Of a stretch of 64,000 nt of DNA, positions 31,897 to 41,800 are shown in pieces. A model generated the notes under the pieces. It ran no database searches, was not told where the DNA came from, and worked only from the letters and a program-made list of their open reading frames with translations. Made by a program: the position numbers and the translations under genes. The DNA is from a virus, in IMG/VR virus record IMGVR_UViG_3300009103_002144, positions 45,193 through 109,192 of that record. One strand, given 5' to 3'. Numbering within the stretch: position 1 is the stretch's first letter; every line of letters begins with the position of its first letter.

Positions 31897-32671
31897 TCTT
31901 TATATTCTCCATTATTTGTTCGTATTGCCACTCTGCCATTACAGGCGGCCTTTCACCCGCTATTAAGCCCATCGTTTTATAGAGGTGATAATACATGTCA
32001 GATATCAATATGACAATATTCGGATTATAGTCTTCTCTAACTGTTTGTGTGTAATCGATCAATACCTCATTGATGTTAGCAAATTTTGCAAATGGCATCA
32101 TTCTACACCAAAGCTCAAAATCTTCTGCAAGGTGCCATAGATCTGAATAACCGCCAACGCGCAGCATCACCCGACGTCTAACCACGACAGAGGGATGACA
32201 TATCGGATTTTGACCGATCATGAGCATTTGCTTCATGCTATTATCTTCTACGGCATAATTTACTTTCTTTCCAAACGTCCCTATTTCCTCGACCCTACCA
32301 TCGGGATCTAATGTTCTTATTTGAGTCCCGATTATATCTAAGTGAGGTTGCTCTTCGAATAGCTTCATTTGCTTTTCAAGCTTATCAGGATACCAATAGT
32401 CATCATCATCTTGACGAGCTATAAATTCGCAATCAGAATTGTATATTCCATAATTTAAAGCAGGAACTAAGCCCTGCTCTTTGCAATGTACTATTCTTAC
32501 ATTCGCAGTATCAGCAAATTTGTGAGCAATATCACAACTAGAATCCGTGCTATTGTTATCGACTATTAGTGTTTCGAAATCTCGATACGTCTGGTCGGCT
32601 ATGGATTTAAGTGAGGCTGCTAACGTTTTCTCCCCATTATAGACGGGTAGAATAATTGAGACTTTTGGCAT
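31886..32671 (-). CDS. Glycosyltransferase, GT2
   Basis: ILPVYNGE, DNNSTD, RQDDDD, HPSVVVR, AEDFELW. Confidence 0.92.
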   Translation of the reverse strand: MPKVSIILPVYNGEKTLAASLKSIADQTYRDFETLIVDNNSTDSSCDIAHKFADTANVRIVHCKEQGLVPALNYGIYNSDCEFIARQDDDDYWYPDKLEKQMKLFEEQPHLDIIGTQIRTLDPDGRVEEIGTFGKKVNYAVEDNSMKQMLMIGQNPICHPSVVVRRRVMLRVGGYSDLWHLAEDFELWCRMMPFAKFANINEVLIDYTQTVREDYNPNIVILISDMYYHLYKTMGLIAGERPPVMAEWQYEQIMENIKNDK

Positions 32672-32673
32672 CT

Positions 32674-34617
32674 TTATTTCTCATTTGACTTTTCATATGT
32701 AATAAATGTAGAAGGATGCCCTCGTTGTACAGAGATATGCGGAACTTTTTGTGAAAAATCTACCTTATTGTGAAAAATCCAACCTCCCAATTCATCGGCC
32801 AGTTTTCCCGACAATTCAACGATTTCTGATTCTGTTACTTCTGCCCACGGCTTATCAAACATCACATTATTTTCAGCTGTATCTTCTGTATCTAATCGAT
32901 ACATACTCTTCCAGAACTTGCCCCAATGAAGTCTATATTGTCCTATCTTATTCGCGATATTATACCACGAATAGTGGTGGACGCCTGGTAAAGACTCAAT
33001 TGCTCTATTGAACCACTCTTCATATTGCTTTCTTGCTTGCTCATTTCCAGCCAAGCCAGCCAATCTAACGCTATGGACAGACTGATCATAAAAGCCAGCA
33101 TGAGGTAATACTTCCCCAGTCTCCTTGTCGATATAGTCACAGCTGTCTGTCCCCGGGGAGGCATACTCAAAGCCGGCTTCATCAACATTCAAAAGCGCTT
33201 TTGGGATTCCCTGAGTAATGCTCGGAATATTTCTACTTAAGCGCCACTTCCAGGGATTTATATCCATCCGAACTTTTTCTGAAGACCCCCAATATTCAAT
33301 GACCGGTAGTGACACTATGTTCGCATACCTTGGAAAATTCCTTAGAAGATTTCTAATTTTCTGATAATCATCTTCATGAACGACTTCATCTGCATCCATT
33401 TGCCAACAATATTCTGATGTACATAAATCTCTAGCAGCTGCTTTTAATTTTCCATCTGACTCGTATGCAAAGCTTGGACTTTCCGGATCCACAATATTCT
33501 GGTGCACCTTTAATCGTCCATCGCCTTGTGCAGAAGCCATGAATTGCAGCTCTTCCCAGGTACCATCAGTTGAACCGCCGTCTAGTACAATAACTTCGTC
33601 ACAAAATCCAAGCATTGAGCTTACAGTGGCTTTCCAAGGATACTTCATTTGAGAAGCATTACGTAGGGTAGTGTATCCACTCAGGGTTGGAGTATAATTC
33701 ATAATCTGCTTTATTGCGACCCAGAATCGATCTCTAGCTGCATAGAGATATGAGAGCATCGTTAACTCATCCCCAGCGAACCACTCTTCATCTTTGTGCT
33801 GGACATTTTCATTAAGCGCCAACTTGCAACCAAGCGCCCGGGCCTCGATAACCATTCTCGGACATGTGTCCCCACCTTTTGGAAGATAAACAAAACCTTC
33901 GGAAGCAGCTAGCTTTGCTAAGAGCTGTTCGTGTGGCATACCCCACACAATTTCATAATCCAAATTATTCTTCTTACAGTGCTCTTCAGCATTATCTGCA
34001 CCCTTTATCCATGAATCAGAACCGAGGATAATCCATCCCTTGCGGTCTTCTTCGTTTGTCGTTTCTGCCAACAGGTTAATAGTCTGGAAAAACCGATCAT
34101 CAAAAACACTGCTTAAAACACACCTAGCATTTTCTTCTAAAAACGGAAATCTTTCTAGATACCTCTTTTCTTGAGCCTCACTCATCCACCAAATAGTTTT
34201 AGCTGCATGAAAGAAAGCTGATATCATTTTTCCATGTAGCTGCTCAGAACAATCACAAGGTGAACCAGTTTCATGCTCATGTTTTTCTATCGATCGATAC
34301 TGACAAAACTTATAATCATACTCTAGAATGGAGTACTGAATATTACCAATTATGGAAGGGATTAGGTCAGGTTTAAGAGATGAAAAATTCCCAAAGACCC
34401 AGTGCTTTTCAACACCATCTCTGAGAAGATCCATAGTGACTTTATTTGCATGTAGCTTCTGAATATTCAAATCAGTAGCTGAGGTGATCAAAGCTTCGGT
34501 GGTCATTTCAGCTCCACCAGCATAATCTTCAACAAAAAAATCTGCTACAAATATAACATCCGCAGCTGGGTCTAGTTGGACCGCCTGCGGAGTATCAAAG
34601 GGACTACCAAACATCAA
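32674..34617 (-). CDS. Two-domain glycosyltransferase (GT-B-like + GT2)
   Basis: N-half GGAE...DTCPRMVIEARALG. C-half LDGGSTDGT, QMDADE. Confidence 0.8.
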   Translation of the reverse strand: MMFGSPFDTPQAVQLDPAADVIFVADFFVEDYAGGAEMTTEALITSATDLNIQKLHANKVTMDLLRDGVEKHWVFGNFSSLKPDLIPSIIGNIQYSILEYDYKFCQYRSIEKHEHETGSPCDCSEQLHGKMISAFFHAAKTIWWMSEAQEKRYLERFPFLEENARCVLSSVFDDRFFQTINLLAETTNEEDRKGWIILGSDSWIKGADNAEEHCKKNNLDYEIVWGMPHEQLLAKLAASEGFVYLPKGGDTCPRMVIEARALGCKLALNENVQHKDEEWFAGDELTMLSYLYAARDRFWVAIKQIMNYTPTLSGYTTLRNASQMKYPWKATVSSMLGFCDEVIVLDGGSTDGTWEELQFMASAQGDGRLKVHQNIVDPESPSFAYESDGKLKAAARDLCTSEYCWQMDADEVVHEDDYQKIRNLLRNFPRYANIVSLPVIEYWGSSEKVRMDINPWKWRLSRNIPSITQGIPKALLNVDEAGFEYASPGTDSCDYIDKETGEVLPHAGFYDQSVHSVRLAGLAGNEQARKQYEEWFNRAIESLPGVHHYSWYNIANKIGQYRLHWGKFWKSMYRLDTEDTAENNVMFDKPWAEVTESEIVELSGKLADELGGWIFHNKVDFSQKVPHISVQRGHPSTFITYEKSNEK

Positions 34618-34635
34618 AACACTCCTGCTGATGCA

Positions 34636-34663
34636 ATAATAAGCCCTCTTGATCGACTGTAAA
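34636..34663 (-). promoter_or_regulatory. Sigma70-like promoter heading the glycan cluster
   Basis: TTTACA-N16-TATTAT followed by a CAGGAG RBS. Confidence 0.6.
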
Positions 34664-34798
34664 GAAAGAAAAATCAGTTTTTTTAGTGTACAAATTTTAC
34701 AGCGACTGTATATTAATTCTGAATTCAGTTCTTCAGTAACTAATCAAATATTCTAACTTATCTAATTTATAGATTTATTAATTAAATTAATTCAGTAA

Positions 34799-37700
34799 TT
34801 ATGGAGTTGTTGATTCTTTCAGTACGTAGACTATCTGAAAAGTGATATAGTTTGTCGACGTTGTCGATGTACCGTTCTCATCATAAAAAGTACTGTTTCC
34901 AGCTGTAAAGGTCATCCATAGCCTGTCACCTGCCTCGAAAGAGCATGAGCTAGCTCCAAAATCAAACGTCGTCGGTTTTCCGGCTCTCGAAGTGCTGAAA
35001 TTCGTATTGTAGCTCATCGCAGCGGTATCAGAATCGACCGCGGTTAGGCCTGAAAGATCTGATATCGCTCCGTCATCAACTTTGTACCACTTGATGGTAC
35101 TATTGATCAATGCAAATCCCTTCCCAATATTATAATCTGGGAGCGCTTCTACGAATTCAATATATCCATCACATGGTGCAATCCAGGAATACCGCCACTG
35201 TGTGGGATGAGTTAGGCCGGAGCGGGTCGAATCGCCATCATCCGGCGAAGCCTTCACAACCATCTCGGTTGTATTATCGGCGTCAGACAGAAACATTCTC
35301 CATTGCATATAGTTTCTATGACCATCAATATCGATTGGCTTATCCGAACTCCCGGAAGATATCAAAGCGGTAGCAAGTACGCTGGTGGTAGCTGGCTCTA
35401 TAACTACTCCACCGTCTGACCCAATTCTCATCCGCTTTGTACCAGAAGTAGCACCATCAGCAGTTGTATAAAAATCGATTTGTCCAGGCTGACTTACACC
35501 GTCAGTCCAGGTTCCTGTTCCAACTTCTCCAATAATTGCCGCAGCTATACCATAATCCACAGTATCAAACCCATGTGGCACAGAACCGGTTGCAGCCAAA
35601 AACCTGATTTCTCCAAGGTTTTCTCCGTTAGCGAGAGTGCCATCACTAGCGTATTTTCTCATATTAAATTCTGGACCTGAGTTTTGAAGGGTCGCTCTAC
35701 TGGTTATGTTCAATTGAGGAATCACACCGTTCCCGGTAGCCATAATGCTAACAGGATTTGTTGAATTGCTGTTTATGTTCGACCCACTAAAGCTTAAGAC
35801 CTCCCCTCCACCTGCAGCGATTGGAGAATATAACTTATCGGCTCTAATACTCTTGAATGCTTTATCTGAAAATTGACCAGTTATTGTAGCGCGAGATCCA
35901 GCTGTTGCAGATGCCGCCCAGGACTGACCGGTCGCTATTTTAAAGCCAGCGTCAGAATAGGATGAGTAAGTTAAGACATCGCCGGCACCTGCACCTAGAT
36001 GAGTCACAAAAACGTCTTTATAGCTAATTGGATTTTTTATCCAGAGGGCTGATGTAAAATCAGTGTCATATTCCAGAGTGATGTCTGTACTAGGGTCAAA
36101 GTATGCACCGCCAGAATATTGAGCGTAATTAAGCGGCTCGACAATAATCTTAGTCCCATCCGTGTAATAGTAGGGACTGGAGTTTTTGCCAGTTATTTTT
36201 ACCGTAACAAGCATCTGCATCCCGAATTCATTGAGGTCGATTTCTCTCCCACTGAAGCTAACTAAGAAAGTCGCACATTGAGTATCCTGATGTGTAACCA
36301 CACCAATCGAATCTGCTATTTTTAACCAGTAACCGTTTCCTGACACACCGGTGATATTGACTTGTGTACTAAGCGGCTTCTCGAAGCCTTTTTGGGCGTT
36401 CGCAATTCCATTAATTTGTAGTGTACCCGCAAGAGTAGTATTACCCGAACCGTCAAATGTTACGCAAGTATTGCCCCCACTGTCGCCGATATCATTACCT
36501 CTAATGATCAGATCTCCATCAACATCAAGCTTAGCAGCTGGTGTTGGAGTCCCAATGGAAACGTTTCCACTGTCAAGAGTAAAGACAGTTGTTCCGCCGG
36601 AGTCTTGAACTGTTCCGGCATCGACTCGAAGGGGAGCAGCTACTCGACAAGAAAGGGGGGTCATGAACAGGGCCAGCGCACCGTTTTGGTAGATCCTTTG
36701 TCCTTCAATATCAATTCTGCCAGTAAATCGTACCGATGATGAGCTAATTCTCATCCTACGTACAGGACTAGTTTCTGCATTTCCCCTGGTATAGAAATCC
36801 ATCCATGTTTCAGATAAATTTGTATCATCATGATTAGCCGAAGCAACACCTTCGATGTAAGCCCCCACCTGCTTTGTTCTTTCTGCGTATGTGGAAAAAT
36901 TCGCATCCGAGCTCCACCAAGCGATTCTGCCGAGGTGATCACCGGCCATAATAGAACCTTTCGGTGAGGCGCTGCTTCCACCCATCGCGCTTGCATATGA
37001 GACAAGGTTAAGCGTTGGTTGTTGCTCTTGGCCTGCGTAATAGCCACTGCCGGCGATTGGCGATCCATTATATAGCGAGACGAGAGTTAAGGATCCAGAG
37101 GGTATATCTCCCTTATCAATCTCCCAATAGTATTGTTGAGTATTTTTGGGAAAGGCTCCAGCATAGGTGCCACTTACCAATATAGTTCCACCTTGATCAT
37201 CGATTCTTAACCTGGTCCGGACCTGGTCTCCTTGAGCTATTTCAGCAGCAGATGTGTTGGCATCCAAAGAGTAAAGACTAACAGTAAAGTTCGATTTATG
37301 TGTTGACGACCCATTGTTATTATACGCTTTGCTAAACCCAACCCGGCCGCTATATAGCTCTGTACTCTTATGAAATGAAGTATCGAAAGTTATTTGCGCC
37401 GCATTTTCCGCGCTTGTATTACTGTTATTTCGAAGAAATAATACCGATTTTGATACGTCAAAGGCGTCAACTGCTATCGAGGTGTTATTTTTATTTTCAA
37501 TGTGCAACGACGCAGTTGGAATATAACTCCCCCATTCGTTGCTAGAATTTTCAGCACTGGGAATAGTATTAGGCGCCCCAATTCCAATTTTCGTATTTTG
37601 CCCACCTGCCATAATGGTGAGTGCTCTATTTTTGAGGAGATGATTCGGCGCTGAAAGACCTCTTGCTCCATTTGCGATTGCCCAACTATTCATCCGTGCA

Positions 37701-38848
37701 TTAGTACCATATCTTTTCGGACTAACGCCCATATTCCAATTTCCGCCCGATCCGGCGGTTGGCGGGGACGTTCCAGCATTCGTATCATTGCTATGCTGGA
37801 ATGAAATCATTGGATAGTGGTTGCCATTGAATGAACCGTTATTTGGCCCAACTGCATTTATTTTTAACCATGAAGGAGCAGTTAGTTGAGACCCAGAGAT
37901 AATAACAGACCCATCGCCATCATCACCACCTGAATCTGGTTGACCGCCACCCCCTAATCGAACTGGTAAAGCGGCAGAACCAGCATCAGGTAAAACAAGC
38001 TTACCCTGGTTTTGGGCTTGGTCTCTACGTCGAAAAGAAAATCTTGACTTATTGGAGGCGCCATGATCGACATACAGTCCAGGGCTTGCAGTCTCACGAG
38101 CATCACCGTCCTGAGTGAACTCATAGCCGGATACGGCACCATCTTTTGAGTCCATAGCCATATAGGCATTACCTTCAGGACTAGAAACTCTAAATTGTTG
38201 ATATGGTACACCGCCAGCGGATGATTGATTGTTAGGCCAAGTATTTGTACCGTCAGTCCATTCCCCGGGATGCCCAACTTGTAGATACCCAACACTGGCA
38301 CTACCATAAACGACGAGATCTTTGTCAATACCAACCGAACCAGCAGCTGTATTCATTCTTGCTTGCCACCCAGGGCTAGCGGTCCCGGCTGCTGATGAAG
38401 CTGAAATGATCATCCTTGGAAATGCTATACCTTGATTTGTGGAATTATCTTCAGTATGAAAACTCAGTTCGGTTCGTCTATTTTCATTTGTAGCCCATGT
38501 ACCCTTTGCCGTCGCTCTTATTTCTGCACCGACACCTGGGTTGGTGTCTTCACCACGCCAGACTATTGTTCCAAGTCTATCGCCAGACTGGATATTACTA
38601 TTCAAATTCGAAAAAGTGGCAGATGCTTGTCCAGTAGCGTCTCCAATCCCTAGAGGGTTTGATCCAGTAATTGAAACCCCGCCTTGAATGTCAGCTGTTC
38701 CTGTTAAAATTAGCGCCCGCAGCTGGCTGTCAGTGCGTCCTACTGAGCTGGAGAGAATTCCGCTTGTCTTGATATCGCCTTTTGAATTAAGCGACCCGGT
38801 TACGTGAGTTTGGTTTGACCCAGTAAAATGAAGAGAAAAAATCGCCAT
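34799..38848 (-). CDS. Tail fibre / long beta-rich virion appendage protein
   Basis: 1349 aa, G/S/T-rich. Three GDxLGxI...FxT...RMxI repeats and GNVSIGTPTPAAKLDVDGD, typical of phage fibres. Confidence 0.75.
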   Translation of the reverse strand: MAIFSLHFTGSNQTHVTGSLNSKGDIKTSGILSSSVGRTDSQLRALILTGTADIQGGVSITGSNPLGIGDATGQASATFSNLNSNIQSGDRLGTIVWRGEDTNPGVGAEIRATAKGTWATNENRRTELSFHTEDNSTNQGIAFPRMIISASSAAGTASPGWQARMNTAAGSVGIDKDLVVYGSASVGYLQVGHPGEWTDGTNTWPNNQSSAGGVPYQQFRVSSPEGNAYMAMDSKDGAVSGYEFTQDGDARETASPGLYVDHGASNKSRFSFRRRDQAQNQGKLVLPDAGSAALPVRLGGGGQPDSGGDDGDGSVIISGSQLTAPSWLKINAVGPNNGSFNGNHYPMISFQHSNDTNAGTSPPTAGSGGNWNMGVSPKRYGTNARMNSWAIANGARGLSAPNHLLKNRALTIMAGGQNTKIGIGAPNTIPSAENSSNEWGSYIPTASLHIENKNNTSIAVDAFDVSKSVLFLRNNSNTSAENAAQITFDTSFHKSTELYSGRVGFSKAYNNNGSSTHKSNFTVSLYSLDANTSAAEIAQGDQVRTRLRIDDQGGTILVSGTYAGAFPKNTQQYYWEIDKGDIPSGSLTLVSLYNGSPIAGSGYYAGQEQQPTLNLVSYASAMGGSSASPKGSIMAGDHLGRIAWWSSDANFSTYAERTKQVGAYIEGVASANHDDTNLSETWMDFYTRGNAETSPVRRMRISSSSVRFTGRIDIEGQRIYQNGALALFMTPLSCRVAAPLRVDAGTVQDSGGTTVFTLDSGNVSIGTPTPAAKLDVDGDLIIRGNDIGDSGGNTCVTFDGSGNTTLAGTLQINGIANAQKGFEKPLSTQVNITGVSGNGYWLKIADSIGVVTHQDTQCATFLVSFSGREIDLNEFGMQMLVTVKITGKNSSPYYYTDGTKIIVEPLNYAQYSGGAYFDPSTDITLEYDTDFTSALWIKNPISYKDVFVTHLGAGAGDVLTYSSYSDAGFKIATGQSWAASATAGSRATITGQFSDKAFKSIRADKLYSPIAAGGGEVLSFSGSNINSNSTNPVSIMATGNGVIPQLNITSRATLQNSGPEFNMRKYASDGTLANGENLGEIRFLAATGSVPHGFDTVDYGIAAAIIGEVGTGTWTDGVSQPGQIDFYTTADGATSGTKRMRIGSDGGVVIEPATTSVLATALISSGSSDKPIDIDGHRNYMQWRMFLSDADNTTEMVVKASPDDGDSTRSGLTHPTQWRYSWIAPCDGYIEFVEALPDYNIGKGFALINSTIKWYKVDDGAISDLSGLTAVDSDTAAMSYNTNFSTSRAGKPTTFDFGASSCSFEAGDRLWMTFTAGNSTFYDENGTSTTSTNYITFQIVYVLKESTTP

Positions 38849-41800
38849 TATTCATCATCCTCCAAGGGTGTAAGCCCCATCTTGTATTTTTTTCCTGTTA
38901 TGTTGTTCACAACAACTAGCATGTCTCTTTCCTCGTATATTGTCCAGTCACCCCGATTGTTTTTCAGATGAAGGTCACCAGTATAGACATTCGCCCATCG
39001 AGCAGTAGAACTTCCGAGGTTATATTCGCTATCAAATCCAGGAAGAAGACTTCCGGATACTGCTAGATTTCCTTCGAACCCGCTTCCTGTTGAGGTATTA
39101 CCGCTCGAGCCCATTGAAAAACTTATACGCCCGCTTGCAGTGCGATTCGCAATATGTAATATTTTCGGACCAGGTTGAGAACCAGCTGTATTAGTATATT
39201 GAATGAATGTGCTAGCTTCATTTGGATCCCAAAAAAGCTTTCTACTATTTCCTGCATTGGTTTGAATGGAAATATTTTTGTTGCTATTGATTATCATTGA
39301 CATATCAGCAACAGCGCTACCACCAACGCCGAACCCAAGTTGCCCGGCACTTCCTGTTACAAAAACCCCGCCGTATGTAAAGAATCCGTTTGAGTCGGCG
39401 ATAGGAGCTATCTTTATTTGTCCGACCTTTGCAGACCCAACAACATCAAGAAGAATATCATCACCTGTTACAGCAGCATTATGAAGCCAAATTGCTCCGT
39501 TATCTACAGTCACTTCTCGACCAAGACCTGCACCCTCAACCCCGGCATCATTTGTATCGTAAGCTTTATTAAGGCTTCCACCGAAGCTAGTATTATCACT
39601 CGTAAGCGTTCCTGAAATGTGTACATCACCGCCAAATAGCGATATCGATCTTCTGTTTAATTGATTTGCGATGTCTGCCGGCGCTCGAGTTCGCATTCCA
39701 ATAGCACCACTAACGAAGAAGAAGACATCAGAGTTTCCTGCGCCTGAATCATTACTGCTAACCAGGTTGGTCGGCCGTGGATTATTGTCTGAATATCCGT
39801 CAAATCCACTATCGAATGAGAATGATCCGGTGGTCATTCCATAATTTGGTACATTCAACGCAGTCCTTGTTACACTAAAGAGGTCATCACTGACTGCTAA
39901 GCTTGCTAGCTGTGTTAGTGACTTAGCGGTTCCCAATGAATTGTCTCGGAACATTAAGTTGGTACCAGATTTCTGGATGTAATGATTTGCATCGTAGAAT
40001 CGAAGATAAGCAGAGGTGGATGTTAATGTAAGATTCGACAACTCAATGCTTCCCGCACCTAAAGCGCCAGAAACGTAAACATCGCCACCAAACAATGCAG
40101 TTGCTCTTGTAGCGGCCGCCGTATCGCCAGCTTGATACTTGCTACCGGTAGACCCACTAAAGAATAGTAGAACATCATCGCCGTTTGCAGGATCAATATT
40201 CGGATTAGAATCGCTAAATGTATTATGAAGCATTACTCGTCCGGTATTATCATGTCCTATAACGGTGATCGCTGGTGAAGTTGTCGGAGCATTACTGTAT
40301 ATCTTTGTGTCAACAGCGACCTGGCCACCATTTATATTCAGTGTCTTTATTGATGACTGACCATCTGCATTCAATATTTCGGTTCCAGAAGAGATTAATT
40401 TTATTCTTCTATCTTGGAATCTAATAGCTGTTTGAGGCGCACCACCTACGCTATTCTCTTGTCCGTCATGATAAATGTATTCTCCAAGCGCCATGCTTCC
40501 TGATATGACAACATCGCCGGTAAATAAGGACGTTCCACGATTGTGCTTAAGTGGTAGATTACCTGCTGAACCAGAAAAGATCAAGGTGACATCTTCATTC
40601 TTATCCGTGAACATTCCGTTATCGAGTTCACCAGCGCTATAGCCTAATGATGCATATCCGGTATCCGGAGCAATATTGGGGGCAGATGAAGTAAAGATAA
40701 GGACGGCGCCGGTACCTGCGCCTTGTGCTGTGTTTGCCTCGGCAGCAAAAATCTCAACAGATTGTCCCATCCCAGTTGTTTTAACTGTTATTTCTTTCGA
40801 CGTGCCGTAAGAAAGATTTCCGTTGGATGTTTGTCCACTACCATTGATGTACTTGTTGTCGCTCGCAAAATAGATGTTTTGTCCATCTGTAAATTTGAGG
40901 CCCTGCATAGAGCCCATTAAATCAAGCTCAAGTTTGTTTCCAGTTAATGTCCATCGTACAGGGTTTGCAACGGCTTCATTAAAGTAAAGGTGCTGAGCGC
41001 TAGATAGATCCATTGAATAAAATGATGCAGACATCTGAAGCGTCTGACCATTAGCTTTCATCAAGAGCCCATTCGGATTCGTTCCATCGCCTTGCCTAAC
41101 TAGAAGATTATCTGAACCCAATTCTATTGTTGGAGCATTAGACAACCTGAGACCTGTCGCGAGATTGAGGTCTAGCCTATTATTCGATGTGCCTTGCGCG
41201 GATTGAAAGAATACATTATCGTTAACATCAAGATAGATTTTCTGTGCTGTGCCAGATACACCCGTAGAATTAAAGGAATAACTAGACCCACTGAATACCA
41301 TCGGCCCGAGCGCTCCACCACCGCTAAGAGTGCCTGCATGTAGTGTAAGTTGTCCAGCACTTCCCGTATTACCCACTTTAACGTTATACGTCGAAGCACC
41401 TGGAACTTGGGATGCTGTGACTGTCATTCCGGCAGCTGTTCTAAACCCAGCAGCTCTGAGATCAATTGGAACAGTTCCACCAAGATTTTCATCCACGCCT
41501 GGATGGGCGTGCATCGCCATCCGGCCTACTAAGAATGTATCAATTCCATGTCCGGAACCATAAGTCTGTGTATCTCTCCCGAATACAAGCGCAGGAACAA
41601 ACGTACCAACGCCATGTCCATAATCAGACTTCATCCATTCAACTCTAGACCCGGATGATATCGCTATTCCTCCACCTGAATTTCTTTGTACACTTCCAGA
41701 GTTTATTTCCAGTACAGGATCTGAAAGAGATGCAGTAATAACATGACCCTTAATAAAGTCCCCATGAACCGTGAGGTTACCCCATACATCTGCATTACCG

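Noticed and set aside
12306-34617. Bacterial chromosomal O-antigen/capsule locus
   Set aside because: Flanked on both sides by virion genes with the same strand and coupling, and no export or polymerase genes are present.
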